Shown here: positions 12,441 to 23,959 of the stretch, piece after piece
Numbering within the stretch: the first letter of the stretch is position 1
Layout: each line of letters begins with the position of its first letter
Assembly (NCBI RefSeq): GCF_001194135.2
Contig: NC_069008.1
Span: forward strand, 14,964,261 to 15,016,388
Reading direction: 5' to 3'
From: Octopus bimaculoides
Taxonomy: Eukaryota
DNA: 52,128 bases
Translations under genes and position numbers: made by a program
Notes under the pieces: generated by a model
Databases searched by the model: none
What the model was told of the DNA's origin: nothing
Seen by the model: only the letters and a program-made list of their open reading frames with translations

Positions 12441-13204
12441 NNNNNNNNNNNNNNNNNNNNNNNNNNNNNNNNNNNNNNNNNNNNNNNNNNNNNNNNNNNN
12501 NNNNNNNNNNNNNNNNNNNNNNNNNNNNNNNNNNNNNNNNNNNNNNNNNNNNNNNNNNNNNNNNNNNNNNNNNNNNNNNNNNNNNNNNNNNNNNNNNNNN
12601 NNNNNNNNNNNNNNNNNNNNNNNNNNNNNNNNNNNNNNNNNNNNNNNNNNNNNNNNNNNNNNNNNNNNNNNNNNNNNNNNNNNNNNNNNNNNNNNNNNNN
12701 NNNNNNNNNNNNNNNNNNNNNNNNNNNNNNNNNNNNNNNNNNNNNNNNNNNNNNNNNNNNNNNNNNNNNNNNNNNNNNNNNNNNNNNNNNNNNNNNNNNN
12801 NNNNNNNNNNNNNNNNNNNNNNNNNNNNNNNNNNNNNNNNNNNNNNNNNNNNNNNNNNNNNNNNNNNNNNNNNNNNNNNNNNNNNNNNNNNNNNNNNNNN
12901 NNNNNNNNNNNNNNNNNNNNNNNNNNNNNNNNNNNNNNNNNNNNNNNNNNNNNNNNNNNNNNNNNNNNNNNNNNNNNNNNNNNNNNNNNNNNNNNNNNNN
13001 NNNNNNNNNNNNNNNNNNNNNNNNNNNNNNNNNNNNNNNNNNNNNNNNNNNNNNNNNNNNNNNNNNNNNNNNNNNNNNNNNNNNNNNNNNNNNNNNNNNN
13101 NNNNNNNNNNNNNNNNNNNNNNNNNNNNNNNNNNNNNNNNNNNNNNNNNNNNNNNNNNNNNNNNNNNNNNNNNNNNNNNNNNNNTCTTTTTTTTATCACA
13201 GGTT

Positions 13205-13980
13205 TTTGTTGTAACTCCTGGAACCTTGCATGCGTGGCGGGCGGGCTGGCTCCCTGCAGCCTACGACACTATGTTATCTGTTCTTTTCACTATCTAATAC
13301 TTTCCTGATTATTCTGGTCGTGCCAATGTGGCAAACCTTTTGTATCAGTTCTACTCAGCACTCTATTCCAATTTCCTTTATATTTCTCTTGATGTCTTCT
13401 GATACTGTCCGCAAGGATCCAACAATAATTAACATTCTCTTAACCTTCTTCATTTTCCATAGTCGGGCTATTTCGTACTTAAGAGGGTTGTATTTATCTA
13501 TTTTTTCGCCTTCCTTCGTGACTATTCGTGGGTCAGAAGGGCACGCAACATCTATCACATGTGGTGCATCTTGTCGACCACCACTAGGTCCGGTCTGTTA
13601 TGTTCTAATACCTGATCTATTTGGATTGGGATTTTGCAAGTCTCCAACTCCGCCACTCTTTGCGGTTTGTGCTCATACCAGATCTTATATCTCTCTAGTC
13701 CACACTTTTCGCAGTTTCCAATATAGCACTTCTGCTACCTGATCATGTCGCCACAACTTGTAGTTGTTTTGGGCAAGTCTAGGGCATTCGTTCGCGATAT
13801 GAACAAGGGTTTCGTCCACTCTATTACGGACGCGGTACAGTGGTGACACTTGCTCGTTCCCAAGGCTGACCCTTCAAAGCAAAGTGTGGGGCTGCCAGTG
13901 TAGTGCTCTCAGTCTCTTATTTCTAGTGTTTCTTTTCTTCAACCAAACGCACCAATGTTTTCCAGCAACTTCAGGTGTGG
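13205..13980 (-). mobile_element. R4/Dong-like LINE 3' fragment
   Basis: IDVACPSDPRIVTKEGEKIDKYNPLKYEIARLWKMKKV (RLE). 5' junction abuts (TTA)n at 13982-14028. Confidence 0.8.
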
Positions 13981-13981
13981 C

Positions 13982-14029
<48 letters not shown>

Positions 14030-14039
14030 TATTTTTTAC

Positions 14040-14770
14040 TTTTAATCTGCATGTTTGTTACAGTCACTTGCCGAGACCCAGTGTCCTAGGGCGAGTGAAG
14101 GATAAGAGATGTTACAGTTTGACTGAGAGCTTGGGGAGGAGACGTGGCAGGGACAGTAGCGAAATATTTTCATGTAATACAACACAGACATTTAAACGTA
14201 TAGGGGTTTTTCTAAGGATGTGGGCACAGTACTTGTCAGAACAATCTTTTGGATTTCTTTGAGACATGGTTCTCCTGGGACCTTATCTAGATGTTTCTGA
14301 CATCCTTTTTTATCATACTTAGGGCACCTACAATAACAGGAGTAATTCTCGTTTAAAGTACCACATCTTTTGCATTTCAATTTCCAGGCCCCCCTTATAT
14401 TTACTTAGTTTGTCAAATTCCTTGACAAAAATATTTTTATCAGTGAGAAGACTTACATCTATTAGTTTACAGGTATTTTCTTCCCTGTCTTTAATAATTA
14501 TGTCTGGTCGATTAGCCTTGATCGTTCTGTTGTGTTGACCGGAAAATCCCAGAGGATAGTGAGATTTTTACTTTCGACGACTGGCTCAGGATGATGTTCA
14601 CCACTAAGCAGGAGTGCTGATTTTGTAGTGTTTACATATTCTCCAATGTAAATACTGCCTACCCTATCGTGGCAATTTTTGTATTCGTTTGGTGTCAGCA
14701 CAGGACATCCTGAGACGAGATGGTCCATTGTTTCATCAAATTTATCGCAGATTCTGCATTTAGGGTCAGA
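14040..14770 (-). mobile_element. Second, different R4/Dong-like LINE 3' fragment
   Basis: DHLVSGCPVLTPNEYKNCHDRVG...EPVVESKNLTILWDFPV. Ends in the (TTA)n tract shared with the element above. Confidence 0.8.
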
Positions 14771-14789
14771 ACACTGTTGAGAAAAGACG

Positions 14790-15160
14790 CCGACAATGGG
14801 AACCTGGTAGGGAATTTTCTGCCCCTAACTCTGCTAAACAGAATTCAAGATTCTGGCCAAGGTGTTAGTGGAAACGTTGATGCTTGTCGACGGTAGTCTG
14901 GTTGGGGAGGCACAAACGTGCGCAATCCCGAGCAGGTCTATCCACGACAACCTCCACCTGATGCGATACATCGAAGAGAGAGCTCGAACTAAAGCTGGCT
15001 TCGGTGGGGCCCTTAATTTAGATCAATCGAAAGCTTTCGATAGGGTCGACCATCACTACTTGGAAGCCGTCCTTAAAGTGACTGGTTTCGGACCCGTTTA
15101 CAGAGGCTGGATTGCTGCAATGCACAGCGGCACTTGTACGGTAGTCAAAGTAAATGGCAG
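14790..15160 (+). mobile_element. Tx1/L1-clade reverse transcriptase fragment
   Basis: QTCAIPSRSIHDNLHLMRY...LDQSKAFDRVDHHYLEAVL...GFG...WIAAM. Confidence 0.8.
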
Positions 15161-16644
15161 TATACTCATCATGACTACCCGACTGATGGGGGTACACCAA
15201 GCATATGCATCACAACCACATGTGCACGACATGGTGATCTCATATCAAGATAAACAGCGCATAATCTTGCAAGTGGGGTCTAGTTAGAATTCTCTTCAGG
15301 TTGAGTAGCCCATCCCACTCAAAAGGTCCCTGAATAAGGTTTGTTTTAAGGATGATGAACAAAGCATAAATGTTACGGAAAACCTTCAAGAAAGCATATT
15401 AAACGTCTCACGCTGCTCGTTTCAACAGGTTCAAAACTTTAGGGTTACAACCGATAAAGTTTGGTTAAGAGANNNNNNNNNNNNNNNNNNNNNNNNNNNN
15501 NNNNNNNNNNNNNNNNNNNNNNNNNNNNNNNNNNNNNNNNNNNNNNNNNNNNNNNNNNNNNNNNNNNNNNNNNNNNNNNNNNNNNNNNNNNNNNNNNNNN
15601 NNNNNNNNNNNNNNNNNNNNNNNNNNNNNNNNNNNNNNNNNNNNNNNNNNGGGGGTGTAAAGCAGAATACGAGAGGGAGTCGAGAGATCGTTGGGGAGAA
15701 AGGTGTACGGATTGGTAACAGAACACGCTTTTAATGATGTGAAAAAGAGGCATGGAAGTTCTTTTGAGAGAAAAAGAGAGAGACAGACAGACAGACAGAC
15801 AGGCAGACAAGCAGACAGACAGACAAGCAGACAGACATACAGACGGACAGTTGTTCTACATCTGATACATGTGAATAAAAACGGGATGGTCGCGACTGGA
15901 ATAACTGACCATAGAATTCCTCGGCCAGGCTTGACCAGGAGCAAAACAACAAAAACGACAACATCCTGATTTTGTATTCACAGTTACCGTATTCCTGAAC
16001 AAATGATGAGATCGTTATGGTCTGAACAGCTTCGATTATTGATCTGCTCAATTACAGATGACCTAGGGTTAAGCAAAAACAGTTATAAGTTTAAAGACTA
16101 CCTCCAACCTCCAGATCCATTAGACCGCAACTTGTTCCGGTTTGTAAGGCGTTTAAGTGACCGAGAGTGCAATACTACCTAATCAACAGAACGTCAGTCC
16201 GACACAGCTCCAGCTGTCAGTTGTGCTTATTTTAAATGGAGTGGACTGGAGTAATGTGAAAAATGAAGTATCTTGCTCAAAGGTAGAATGCTCAATTAAG
16301 AAGTCAGTCTTACGATCATGAGTGAGATCAGGACCTTAACTGCTACGCTACGCACCGCAATCCTAAACCTAACACATGCCACATACATATATACACACGC
16401 ACACATACACGTGCGAAGGCTCTCACACAGGCACAGACACACGTGCACGCATGCACACGAAGTAAGTAGATTATGAAACAAAACTTACCTTAATTTGGGG
16501 TTGAGGCAGTAGCTACGCTTTCAGTGGACAATGAGAGACGTTGTCAGGTCTGCCCACTATGACAGTGAAGTAATGTCCTCTGCTCGGATGACCGTCCACT
16601 TATATTGGTAATGTCACAAAATATCAAGATTGGCCACAAATTTT

Positions 16645-17040
16645 TGTATTATCTACTGCTTTCAGGACTACCACAGAGGTCAGCACCGTTTCTAGATGTC
16701 AAGTCAGAACTCCTAAAATGCCAATATTTTTCACTGCTTTGAAATGTCGCCGAGACCGATTTTGCTTTTCATCTTTTTGGACTCAATAAAAAGGTTTTCA
16801 CCCTTTTGGACTCAATACCAGTTGAGCAACGAATTCGATGTTATTGACTAAACACTTCCTTACAAAATTCCACGCCTTGTAGTAAAAAGAATATTATCCA
16901 CTGCATTCAAAACTATAGTGGAGGGCAGCACTACCTCTAGATATTAATCCAGAGCTACAAATACCGATATTCTTCACTGCTTTCAGAATTACCACAGAGA
17001 TAAGTTCTGACTCTAAATGTCAAACCAGAGCTCAGGTTTT
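16645..17040 (+). repeat. Diverged ~76-bp tandem repeat
   Basis: Recurring (C/T)ACTGCTTT...CCACAGAG...CTAGATGTCAA at about 76-bp spacing. Confidence 0.5.
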
Positions 17041-17284
17041 CAAACTGTCAATTGATAGCAATTGACTTTCCGCAACTGTCAGCAATATCCACTAATATCA
17101 CAACTCTATATAATAGCCAATGATGTCCACTTTGGTCAGCACACTTCATTGAGATGAACACAGTCCACTTTGATATAATTTCTTCGCTAACGCACTACTA
17201 AACTAGGTGTGTTACACATCATTATGAACAGACACGCTTCACTGAGCACATTCGATAAACAAATGCGTAATCATTTGGATTTGT

Positions 17285-17475
17285 CCGATGTTGTTGTTGT
17301 GGTGGAGGTGGAGGTGGTGGTGGTGGTGGTGGTGGTGGTGGTTGAGGTGATAGTGGAGGTAAAGGTGATGGTAGGTGCGGTGGTGTTTGGAGACGGTTGT
17401 GATGATGGTGGTATTGTCGTGGTACGGGGGTGGGAGTGGGGTAGGCTGTTATGTTTACGGTAGTGGTGGTGTTCA
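17285..17475 (+). repeat. Imperfect (GGT)n low-complexity tract
   Basis: Visible GTG/GGT run. Confidence 0.85.
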
Positions 17476-17538
17476 TGGGACGTTGAGCATAATAGAAAAT
17501 ATCGGTGGTTCTTAATCATAAAAGGTTTAAATACATAC

Positions 17539-17574
<36 letters not shown>

Positions 17575-17657
17575 TACACATACACATACACAAATGCGCT
17601 CACAGGCATACATACTCACATACACATACATGCAGCCATCATGATTACACGAGTATT

Positions 17658-18036
17658 GTGGAGGCGCAATAACCCAGTGGTTAGGGCAGCGAACTCGCGG
17701 TCGTAGGACCGCGAGTTCGATTCCCAGACTGGGCGTTGTGAGTGTTTATTGAGCGAAAACACCTAAAGTTCCACGAGGCTCCGGCAGGGAGTGGTTACAA
17801 CCCTGCTGTACTCTTTCACCACAGCTTTCACTCTTTCTTCCTGTTTCTGTTGTACCTGTATTTCAAAGGGCCAACCTTTTCACACTCTGTGTCACGCTGA
17901 ATCTCCCCGAGAACTACGTTAAGGGTACACGTGTCTGTGGAGTGCTCAGCCACTTGCACGTTGATTTCACGAGCAGGTTGTTCCGTTGATCGGATAAACT
18001 GGAACACTCGTCGTCGCAACCGACGGAGTGCCATGA
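17658..18036 (+). mobile_element. Full-length tRNA-derived SINE (family B) with 12-bp TSD
   Basis: Head GGCGCAATAACCCAGTGGTTAGGG...GAGTTCGATTCCC. TACACGAGTATT at 17646-17657 and 18037-18048. Confidence 0.88.
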
Positions 18037-18135
18037 TACACGAGTATTACGGTATACCTTATTTTCCAGGTAATATGGAATTAGAGGTGATATTTAATAA
18101 TTATAACTTGCAAACAGAAAATTAATATAAATCTT

Positions 18136-18548
18136 AGGCGTAGGAGTGGCTGTGTGGTAAGTAGCTTACTTACCAACCACATGGTCCCGGGTTCAGTCCC
18201 ACTGCGTGGCATCTTGGGCAAGTGTCTTCTACTATAGCCTCGGGCCGACCAAATCCTTGTGAGTGGATTTGGTAGACGGAAACTGAAAGAAGCCCGTCGT
18301 ATATATGTATATATATATGTGTGTGTATGTGTGTGTGTGTGTGTATGTTTGTGTGTGTGTGTTTGTCCCCCAACATCGCTTGACAACCGATGCTGGTGTG
18401 TTTAGGTCCCCGTAACTTTGCAGTTCGGCAAAAGAGACCGATAGAATAAGTACTAGGCTTACAAAGAATAAGTCCTAGGGTCGATTTGCTCGACTAAAGG
18501 CGGTGCTCCAGCATGGCCGCAGTCAAATGACTGAAACAAGTAAAAGAG
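18136..18548 (+). mobile_element. Full-length tRNA-derived SINE (family A) with internal (TA)/(TG) microsatellite
   Basis: A-box-like GTGGCTGTGTGGTAAG and B-box-like GGTTCAGTCCC. Multiple copies of the same sequence elsewhere in the window. Confidence 0.85.
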
Positions 18549-18565
18549 TATGTATATCACTAATA

Positions 18566-18725
18566 GGCGTGGACGTGGCTGCGTGGTAAGAGGTTTGCTT
18601 CCCAACCACATGGTACCGAGTTCAGTCCCACTGTGTAACACCTTAGGGAAGGGTCATCTACTATAGCCCCGGGTCGACCAAAGCCTTGTGAGTGTATTTG
18701 GTAGATGGAAACCGAAAGAAGCCTA
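18566..18725 (+). mobile_element. SINE family A, 5' half
   Basis: Same head sequence. Confidence 0.78.
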
Positions 18726-18734
18726 CATTTCTCT

Positions 18735-19445
18735 GGACCGACCCCAGAGTTATACGGTCGCTATGCAGACGTCTGTATAGGCGCCACCCGCCTCTCCTGC
18801 GTACAGCTCTCCAATTTCATCCCTTTCGTTTCTAACTCCCACCCTTCTCTCGAATTTATCTCTACCATCTCTGACACATCCCGTAAACTTCCTCGATCTA
18901 TCTCTCTTTCCGTTGATCCTCTCACCCACTCTCTCATCACCTCCGCCTTCTTTAAACCAACGGACTCCCACTTCTACCTCAACTTTTCCTCCTCCCACAC
19001 CAAATGAGCCATCTCCTACTCCCAGTTCCTTCTCCGCCTCCGACGCTTGTGCAACCGGGACTAGGATTTCGAGACCCAGTCCCAATACCTGGTCCTCTTG
19101 TTTAAATGCGTCGCGGACACCTATCCACTCTTGTCCAAACTGCCCTTACCCGCGCTCGTCAAATCGATCGCACTACCACCCTCTCTCCTTCCCCCATACT
19201 GATCCCCGAACCACATCCCCTTTCCCCTTTTTTTCCACCCTTCCACTCTACCCTTTTGTCAGAAGATCCTGCGGGCCTTCCACGTTACCAGCTAGATACC
19301 ACCACCCTCCCGATTTTCCCCGACCCACCTTTGCCCTCTTTCAAACGTGCCCGCAACCTACGCTGTCTATTGGTTCGTAGCTCCCTCTCCCACCTCCATT
19401 CCAACCCAACCAGGATCTTTCCCTTGCTCCAGACCCCGTTGCCAC
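18735..19445 (+). mobile_element. Penelope-like element RT C-terminus/linker fragment
   Basis: LYGRYAD.CIG...FKPTDSHFYLNFSSSH...AISYSQFLRLRRLC...FPDPPLPSFKRARNLRCLLVRS, frameshifted, runs into a gap. Confidence 0.8.
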
Positions 19446-19887
19446 NNNNNNNNNNNNNNNNNNNNNNNNNNNNNNNNNNNNNNNNNNNNNNNNNNNNNNN
19501 NNNNNNNNNNNNNNNNNNNNNNNNNNNNNNNNNNNNNNNNNNNNNNNNNNNNNNNNNNNNNNNNNNNNNNNNNNNNNNNNNNNNNNNNNNNNNNNNNNNN
19601 NNNNNNNNNNNNNNNNNNNNNNNNNNNNNNNNNNNNNNNNNNNNNNNNNNNNNNNNNNNNNNNNNNNNNNNNNNNNNNNNNNNNNNNNNNNNNNNNNNNN
19701 NNNNNNNNNNNNNNNNNNNNNNNNNNNNNNNNNNNNNNNNNNNNNNNNNNNNNNNNNNNNNNNNNNNNNNNNNNNNNNNNNNNNNNNNNNNNNNNNNNNN
19801 NNNNNNNNNNNNNNNNNNNNNNNNNNNNNNNNNNNNNNNNNNNNNNNNNNNNNNNNNNNNNNNNNNNNNNNNNNNNNNNNNNNNNNN

Positions 19888-20066
19888 ATATATATATATA
19901 TACGACGGGCTTCTTTCAGTTTCCGTCTACTAAATCCACTCACAAGGCTTTGGTCGACCCGAGGCTATAGTAGAAGACACCTGCCCAAGGTGCCACGCAG
20001 TGAGTCTGAACCCGGAACCATATGGTTCGTAAGCAAGCTACTTACCACACAGCCACTCCTGCGCCT
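19888..20066 (-). mobile_element. SINE family A, 5' half
   Basis: Reverse complement of the head. Confidence 0.8.
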
Positions 20067-20798
20067 ACAGTACAATTATTTCATTTTTTTGATATTTTTT
20101 GTTAAAGTGTATAAACAATTTTTGTTTCAGAAATAAATACATGTTTGCATTTAGAGTGTGTAATTTTTCTTTCTTTTTTTTTTCTTCTTCGCTTATGAAT
20201 ATATTTTGTTTGCTTTTAAAGTGTATTAACATATTTTGTTTTCTGTACATATGAAATCATTTTCTTAACCTGGAATTGAAACCACAGCTTGAATTTTTCT
20301 GGTTGTAAACAATGGCCTTGCTATCTATTCAAACCTTGGTTATTTGCTTGCATATTGCATAGTCTTAATGAATGAAAGACTCATTCCGCTAGTGTCGTTC
20401 GCTTCCAGTTCTTCGTGTAACCATGTTGGGGTTGTTTGTTGCTCAACAGACTGGGCGACTTGTAAGCTCGCTTAGAACGTGTGACAGTTGGTATCAGGAA
20501 TGTCGCCTGACAATAGAAACCTCTGATCCATGCATCATCGATATATATAGAAGTTAAAATCATTATCGTTTGTCGACCTCAGGTTTAAAAGATTGAGTAC
20601 TAATTCTGCTCTCAGAATTAGGTGTGAAACCAGGATGATTAAGAGGATTATAATCAGTATTATTACTTGGAAATAAGTTTACATGAAATATCAAGAACTA
20701 GTTCAGGAAAAGTTTGTTTAACACAGACAGACAGCCAATTGCATAAAACTACAGATTGACAGGTACGAACAAGAGTTAGCTCCCCTATGTTTTATATA

Positions 20799-20956
20799 AA
20801 CGCATGCGCATTAATTGTACTTCCGTAATTACCTTCACATTAAAAAAATATTGTTTCCGCTCGAACCTTAGACACACGCACACTTAAAGTACGTTTAATA
20901 AATGTTATACACACACTTTATAACAACTCTTTACCTTACAAAACATATCCGTGAGT
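20799..20956 (+). promoter_or_regulatory. ZNF-A promoter/non-coding first exon: NRF1-like CGCATGCGCA (20801-20810), ETS-like ACTTCCG (20819-20825), donor GTGAGT at 20951
   Basis: The same motif arrangement and donor context (GTRAGTAYTAAAC) recur upstream of all four ZNF genes. Confidence 0.7.
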
Positions 20957-21290
20957 ATTAAACAATGGAAATATTTAATCTTTGAATTCTGTAGACTCTG
21001 TGTTTCCCCACATCTTTTATGGATGAGAGATGCCTGCTATTTCTAGCTGTAGAAGCTCCCTTCTACCCTCTCCATCGTTGCCCCGTTTGTTGTTTTAGTT
21101 TTGAGAAATATTTTGAAATGCGCCTCAACCACTGAAATGTTCAAAAACCTAAACTTTATTATTGTAATTTGTCGAATGTTTGTTTCTTGATATAACTACC
21201 AATGTCTACCTACCAACCACACCGGCAATTTGTTTCCTCATAATTTTCGTCATTTCAGAGTGTATAGATTACGATCATATCAGAATTTAA

Positions 21291-21527
21291 CCCCAAGATT
21301 CCGAGTTCGATTCCAAGCAGTGACCTGAATAATAATAATAATAAAAACAACATCGAAAATACCTTAGGAATGAGAACCCAGGTTCGAGTTTTTCCCAAAA
21401 ACACCTGATGAAGGCTGGAGTGTATAGCAGCCGAAACGTTGTGTTAACAACAAACAAGATGAGGACAAATATCCGTCAAATGTAAATAATGTACATAATT
21501 CCTCATCTCTTGAATATAGAACTGTAT
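21291..21527 (+). mobile_element. Short retroposon (SINE/Penelope-like derived) in ZNF-A intron 1, with 13-bp target-site duplication
   Basis: TATCAGAATTTAA at 21278-21290 and 21528-21540. Pol III B-box-like GTTCGATTC at 21305-21313. Contains a hammerhead-like core. Confidence 0.7.
21400..21445 (+). ncRNA. Candidate minimal type I hammerhead ribozyme
   Basis: Stem I AACAC/GTGTT, core CTGATGA(+A), stem II GGCTG/CAGCC, GAAA, palindromic ACGT stem III, GUU cleavage triplet. Confidence 0.55.
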
Positions 21528-21659
21528 TATCAGAATTTAAAATTTTAAAAAAATATAGCTGAGCTACACATACTTAGCATGCATCATATCTACAAACATT
21601 GTGATGTGTGTCAGTATATGTGCATGCTCGTTTTCTTTTCAATTCACATTCCAATATAG

Positions 21660-21900
21660 TTGTAATCTACACACTCTGAAACGTATTTGTAGAAAATTTC
21701 ATGAAAAAGTAGCCATTTTTCTGAAAGTTATAAGGAAACTCAGCCGACAAGCGTGAATTTTCCGAAACCCCTTGGGAAAACATTATCACCACAAATTCCG
21801 ATACAGTCAGAAGCTATACTACTGAAGTATATTTGTAGAAAACTTCATTAAAAAATGTCCATTTTTCTGGAAGTTCTGAAAAAACAAATTAAGTTAGAAG
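21660..21900. repeat. Dispersed repeat with two internal subrepeats (ATTTGTAGAAAATTTCAT...GAAGTT), also at 49230-49480; possibly Helentron/DINE-like
   Basis: Direct sequence similarity between the two loci. Family label is tentative. Confidence 0.5.
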
Positions 21901-22638
21901 CACACTTATGTAGGTACGCGAACTTTGTTTCCTCATAGGGTTTAATGATGTACATTACAATTCTGTTGGAAAATGAAATTACTTTTGAGCACTATTTCAC
22001 CATTTTTTTTCTGGAATTAACTAATAAAATGAAAATTTATATGTTTAGTTAATGCTTCTTTTTTCCCCAATTCAGTTGTTTTTTTTCTTCATTAATTTTT
22101 GTCTGATCTGTGACAAAAAAAAAATTGCAGGAACTGTAAAAACAACAGTTTTCTTCATAGCTTTCTTTGTGGTCACATGAACTACTAGAAATAACAACAC
22201 ATTTCCCTTAAATTTCACCTTCATTTATGAATATTGATGACTGCATTGGATGATGATGTCCAAGATATACAATGCTAGAGAGACAGGCTGAATGGAATAT
22301 CTTTAATCGTATTTCTGCTCAGTTAGAGATGCCTCAGGGCTAAACAACAATGTCAAATTATAAGTTCAGTTGTTCAGGTAAATGTTTATTTCTGTGCAAA
22401 TGTAAATTTCCCACTTTTGAATCTGTATTTTCTAAGTAGCCTCCATATTTTACACTGATGTATCTTTATTATTTCAGAATATCATATGACAGTGGGATAA
22501 CTGAAGATACATCCTCAATATTTATCATATTTTAAGACTGCAAGAAAAGGATGTACAAAGCAAATTCTTTGTAAAGAGTGAACTATAAGAAGGAAAGCAA
22601 GGACATTATATATAAATTGTGATTTGAGAAGAAAAATA

Positions 22639-23559
22639 ATGGAAAAGAGTGAGCAGGTTGAAGAAGTGATTTCGCATGAAGACATGATAAAAGAGATGAG
22701 AAAGCCATCATATGACTGTGATGTCTGTAAAAGGACCTTCTCTCGAAAAAGTAACCTAACTGTACACAAACATACTCATACAGGAGAGACTCCATATCAC
22801 TGTGATATTTGTGGTAAATCGTTCTGTCGCAGTAGTCACTTGATTAGACACATACGTATTCATACAGGGGAAAAACCATATCATTGTGATAGTTGTGGTA
22901 AATCATTCTCTGACAGTAGTGACTTAAATAAACACAAACATATTCATACAGGAGAGAAACCATATCGCTGTGATGTCTGTAAAAGGTCCTTCTCTCAAAA
23001 AAGTAACCTAACTGTACACAAACATACTCATACAGGAGAGACTTCATATCACTGTGATATTTGTGGTAAATCGTTCTGTCGCAGTAGTCATTTGATGAGA
23101 CACATACGTGTTCATACAGGGGAAAAACCATATTGTTGTGATATTTGTGGTAAATCATTCTCTGAAAGTAGTCACTTAACTGCACATAGACGTATTCACA
23201 CAGGAGAGAAACCATATCGCTGTGATATCTGTGGAAAATCATTCACTCAAAATAGTGACTTAACGGTACACAAACGTGTTCATACAGGAGAGACTCCTTT
23301 TCAATGTGATGTTTGTGGTAAATCATTCTCTCGAAATGGTGACTTACAGGTACACAGACGTATTCATACAGGAGAGAAGCCATACCATTGTGATATATGT
23401 GGTAAATCATTCTCCAAAAGTAATCAATTAATTAGACACATACGTACTCATACAGGAGAGAAACCATATCACTGTGATATCTGTGATAAATCATTTTCTG
23501 ACAGTAGTGACTTAACTAAACACAAACGTATTCATAAGGGAGACAAAAAAAAAGGGTAG
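22639..23559 (+). CDS. C2H2 zinc-finger protein ZNF-A, 306 aa, 10 fingers, no recognisable effector domain
   Basis: Ten CX2CX12HX3H units, mostly TGEKP-type linkers, uninterrupted ORF. ATG at 22639 is homologous to the starts of the three paralogues. Coding-exon acceptor TTTCAG ends at 22477. Confidence 0.95.
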   Translation: MEKSEQVEEVISHEDMIKEMRKPSYDCDVCKRTFSRKSNLTVHKHTHTGETPYHCDICGKSFCRSSHLIRHIRIHTGEKPYHCDSCGKSFSDSSDLNKHKHIHTGEKPYRCDVCKRSFSQKSNLTVHKHTHTGETSYHCDICGKSFCRSSHLMRHIRVHTGEKPYCCDICGKSFSESSHLTAHRRIHTGEKPYRCDICGKSFTQNSDLTVHKRVHTGETPFQCDVCGKSFSRNGDLQVHRRIHTGEKPYHCDICGKSFSKSNQLIRHIRTHTGEKPYHCDICDKSFSDSSDLTKHKRIHKGDKKKG

Positions 23560-23959
23560 TTTGTATGGTTTCTTTTGTCAACTCTTTTTTTTATATTGCT
23601 GTAATGGAAATTATGAGTCTGAAAACAATGTATTTCCAAACGTTTGTTTATTGCTTTCTTTTTAAAATTTTCTCCCAGCCCCTTCTCCTACTTCCATTCC
23701 CTTTGCCATAATGGATGTATCTCTATATGGAAACTCCCTCCTGCCAGCCCTACACATGGTTCTTTGTTGAATATCACTTCTACATTTTACTGTATATTTA
23801 TTGTTAATTAATTTTGAAATGCATCACTCATTAAATATGTTAATAATAACATTTTTTATAGCTTTTTCATTAACAATAATATGGTAAAGTTGTCAAATAT
23901 GTACATAATATAACCTCCAGTACAAAACAAAGAGGCCAGAAAGGTAAAACATGCTGAAG

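Noticed and set aside
17209-17567. Pro/Thr/Val-rich ORFs
   Set aside because: (GGT)n low-complexity DNA.
17660-17730. tRNA gene
   Set aside because: The tRNA-like head continues into a repeated SINE body with a TSD, so it is not a stand-alone tRNA. The same applies to the family A heads.
22515-23242. Minus-strand ORFs overlapping ZNF genes (also 38456-38650, 45972-46223, 51629-51880)
   Set aside because: Shadow ORFs produced by the repetitive finger codons, with no independent evidence.
22711-23540. 84-bp periodicity as a satellite or repeat array
   Set aside because: It is the 28-aa C2H2 finger period.
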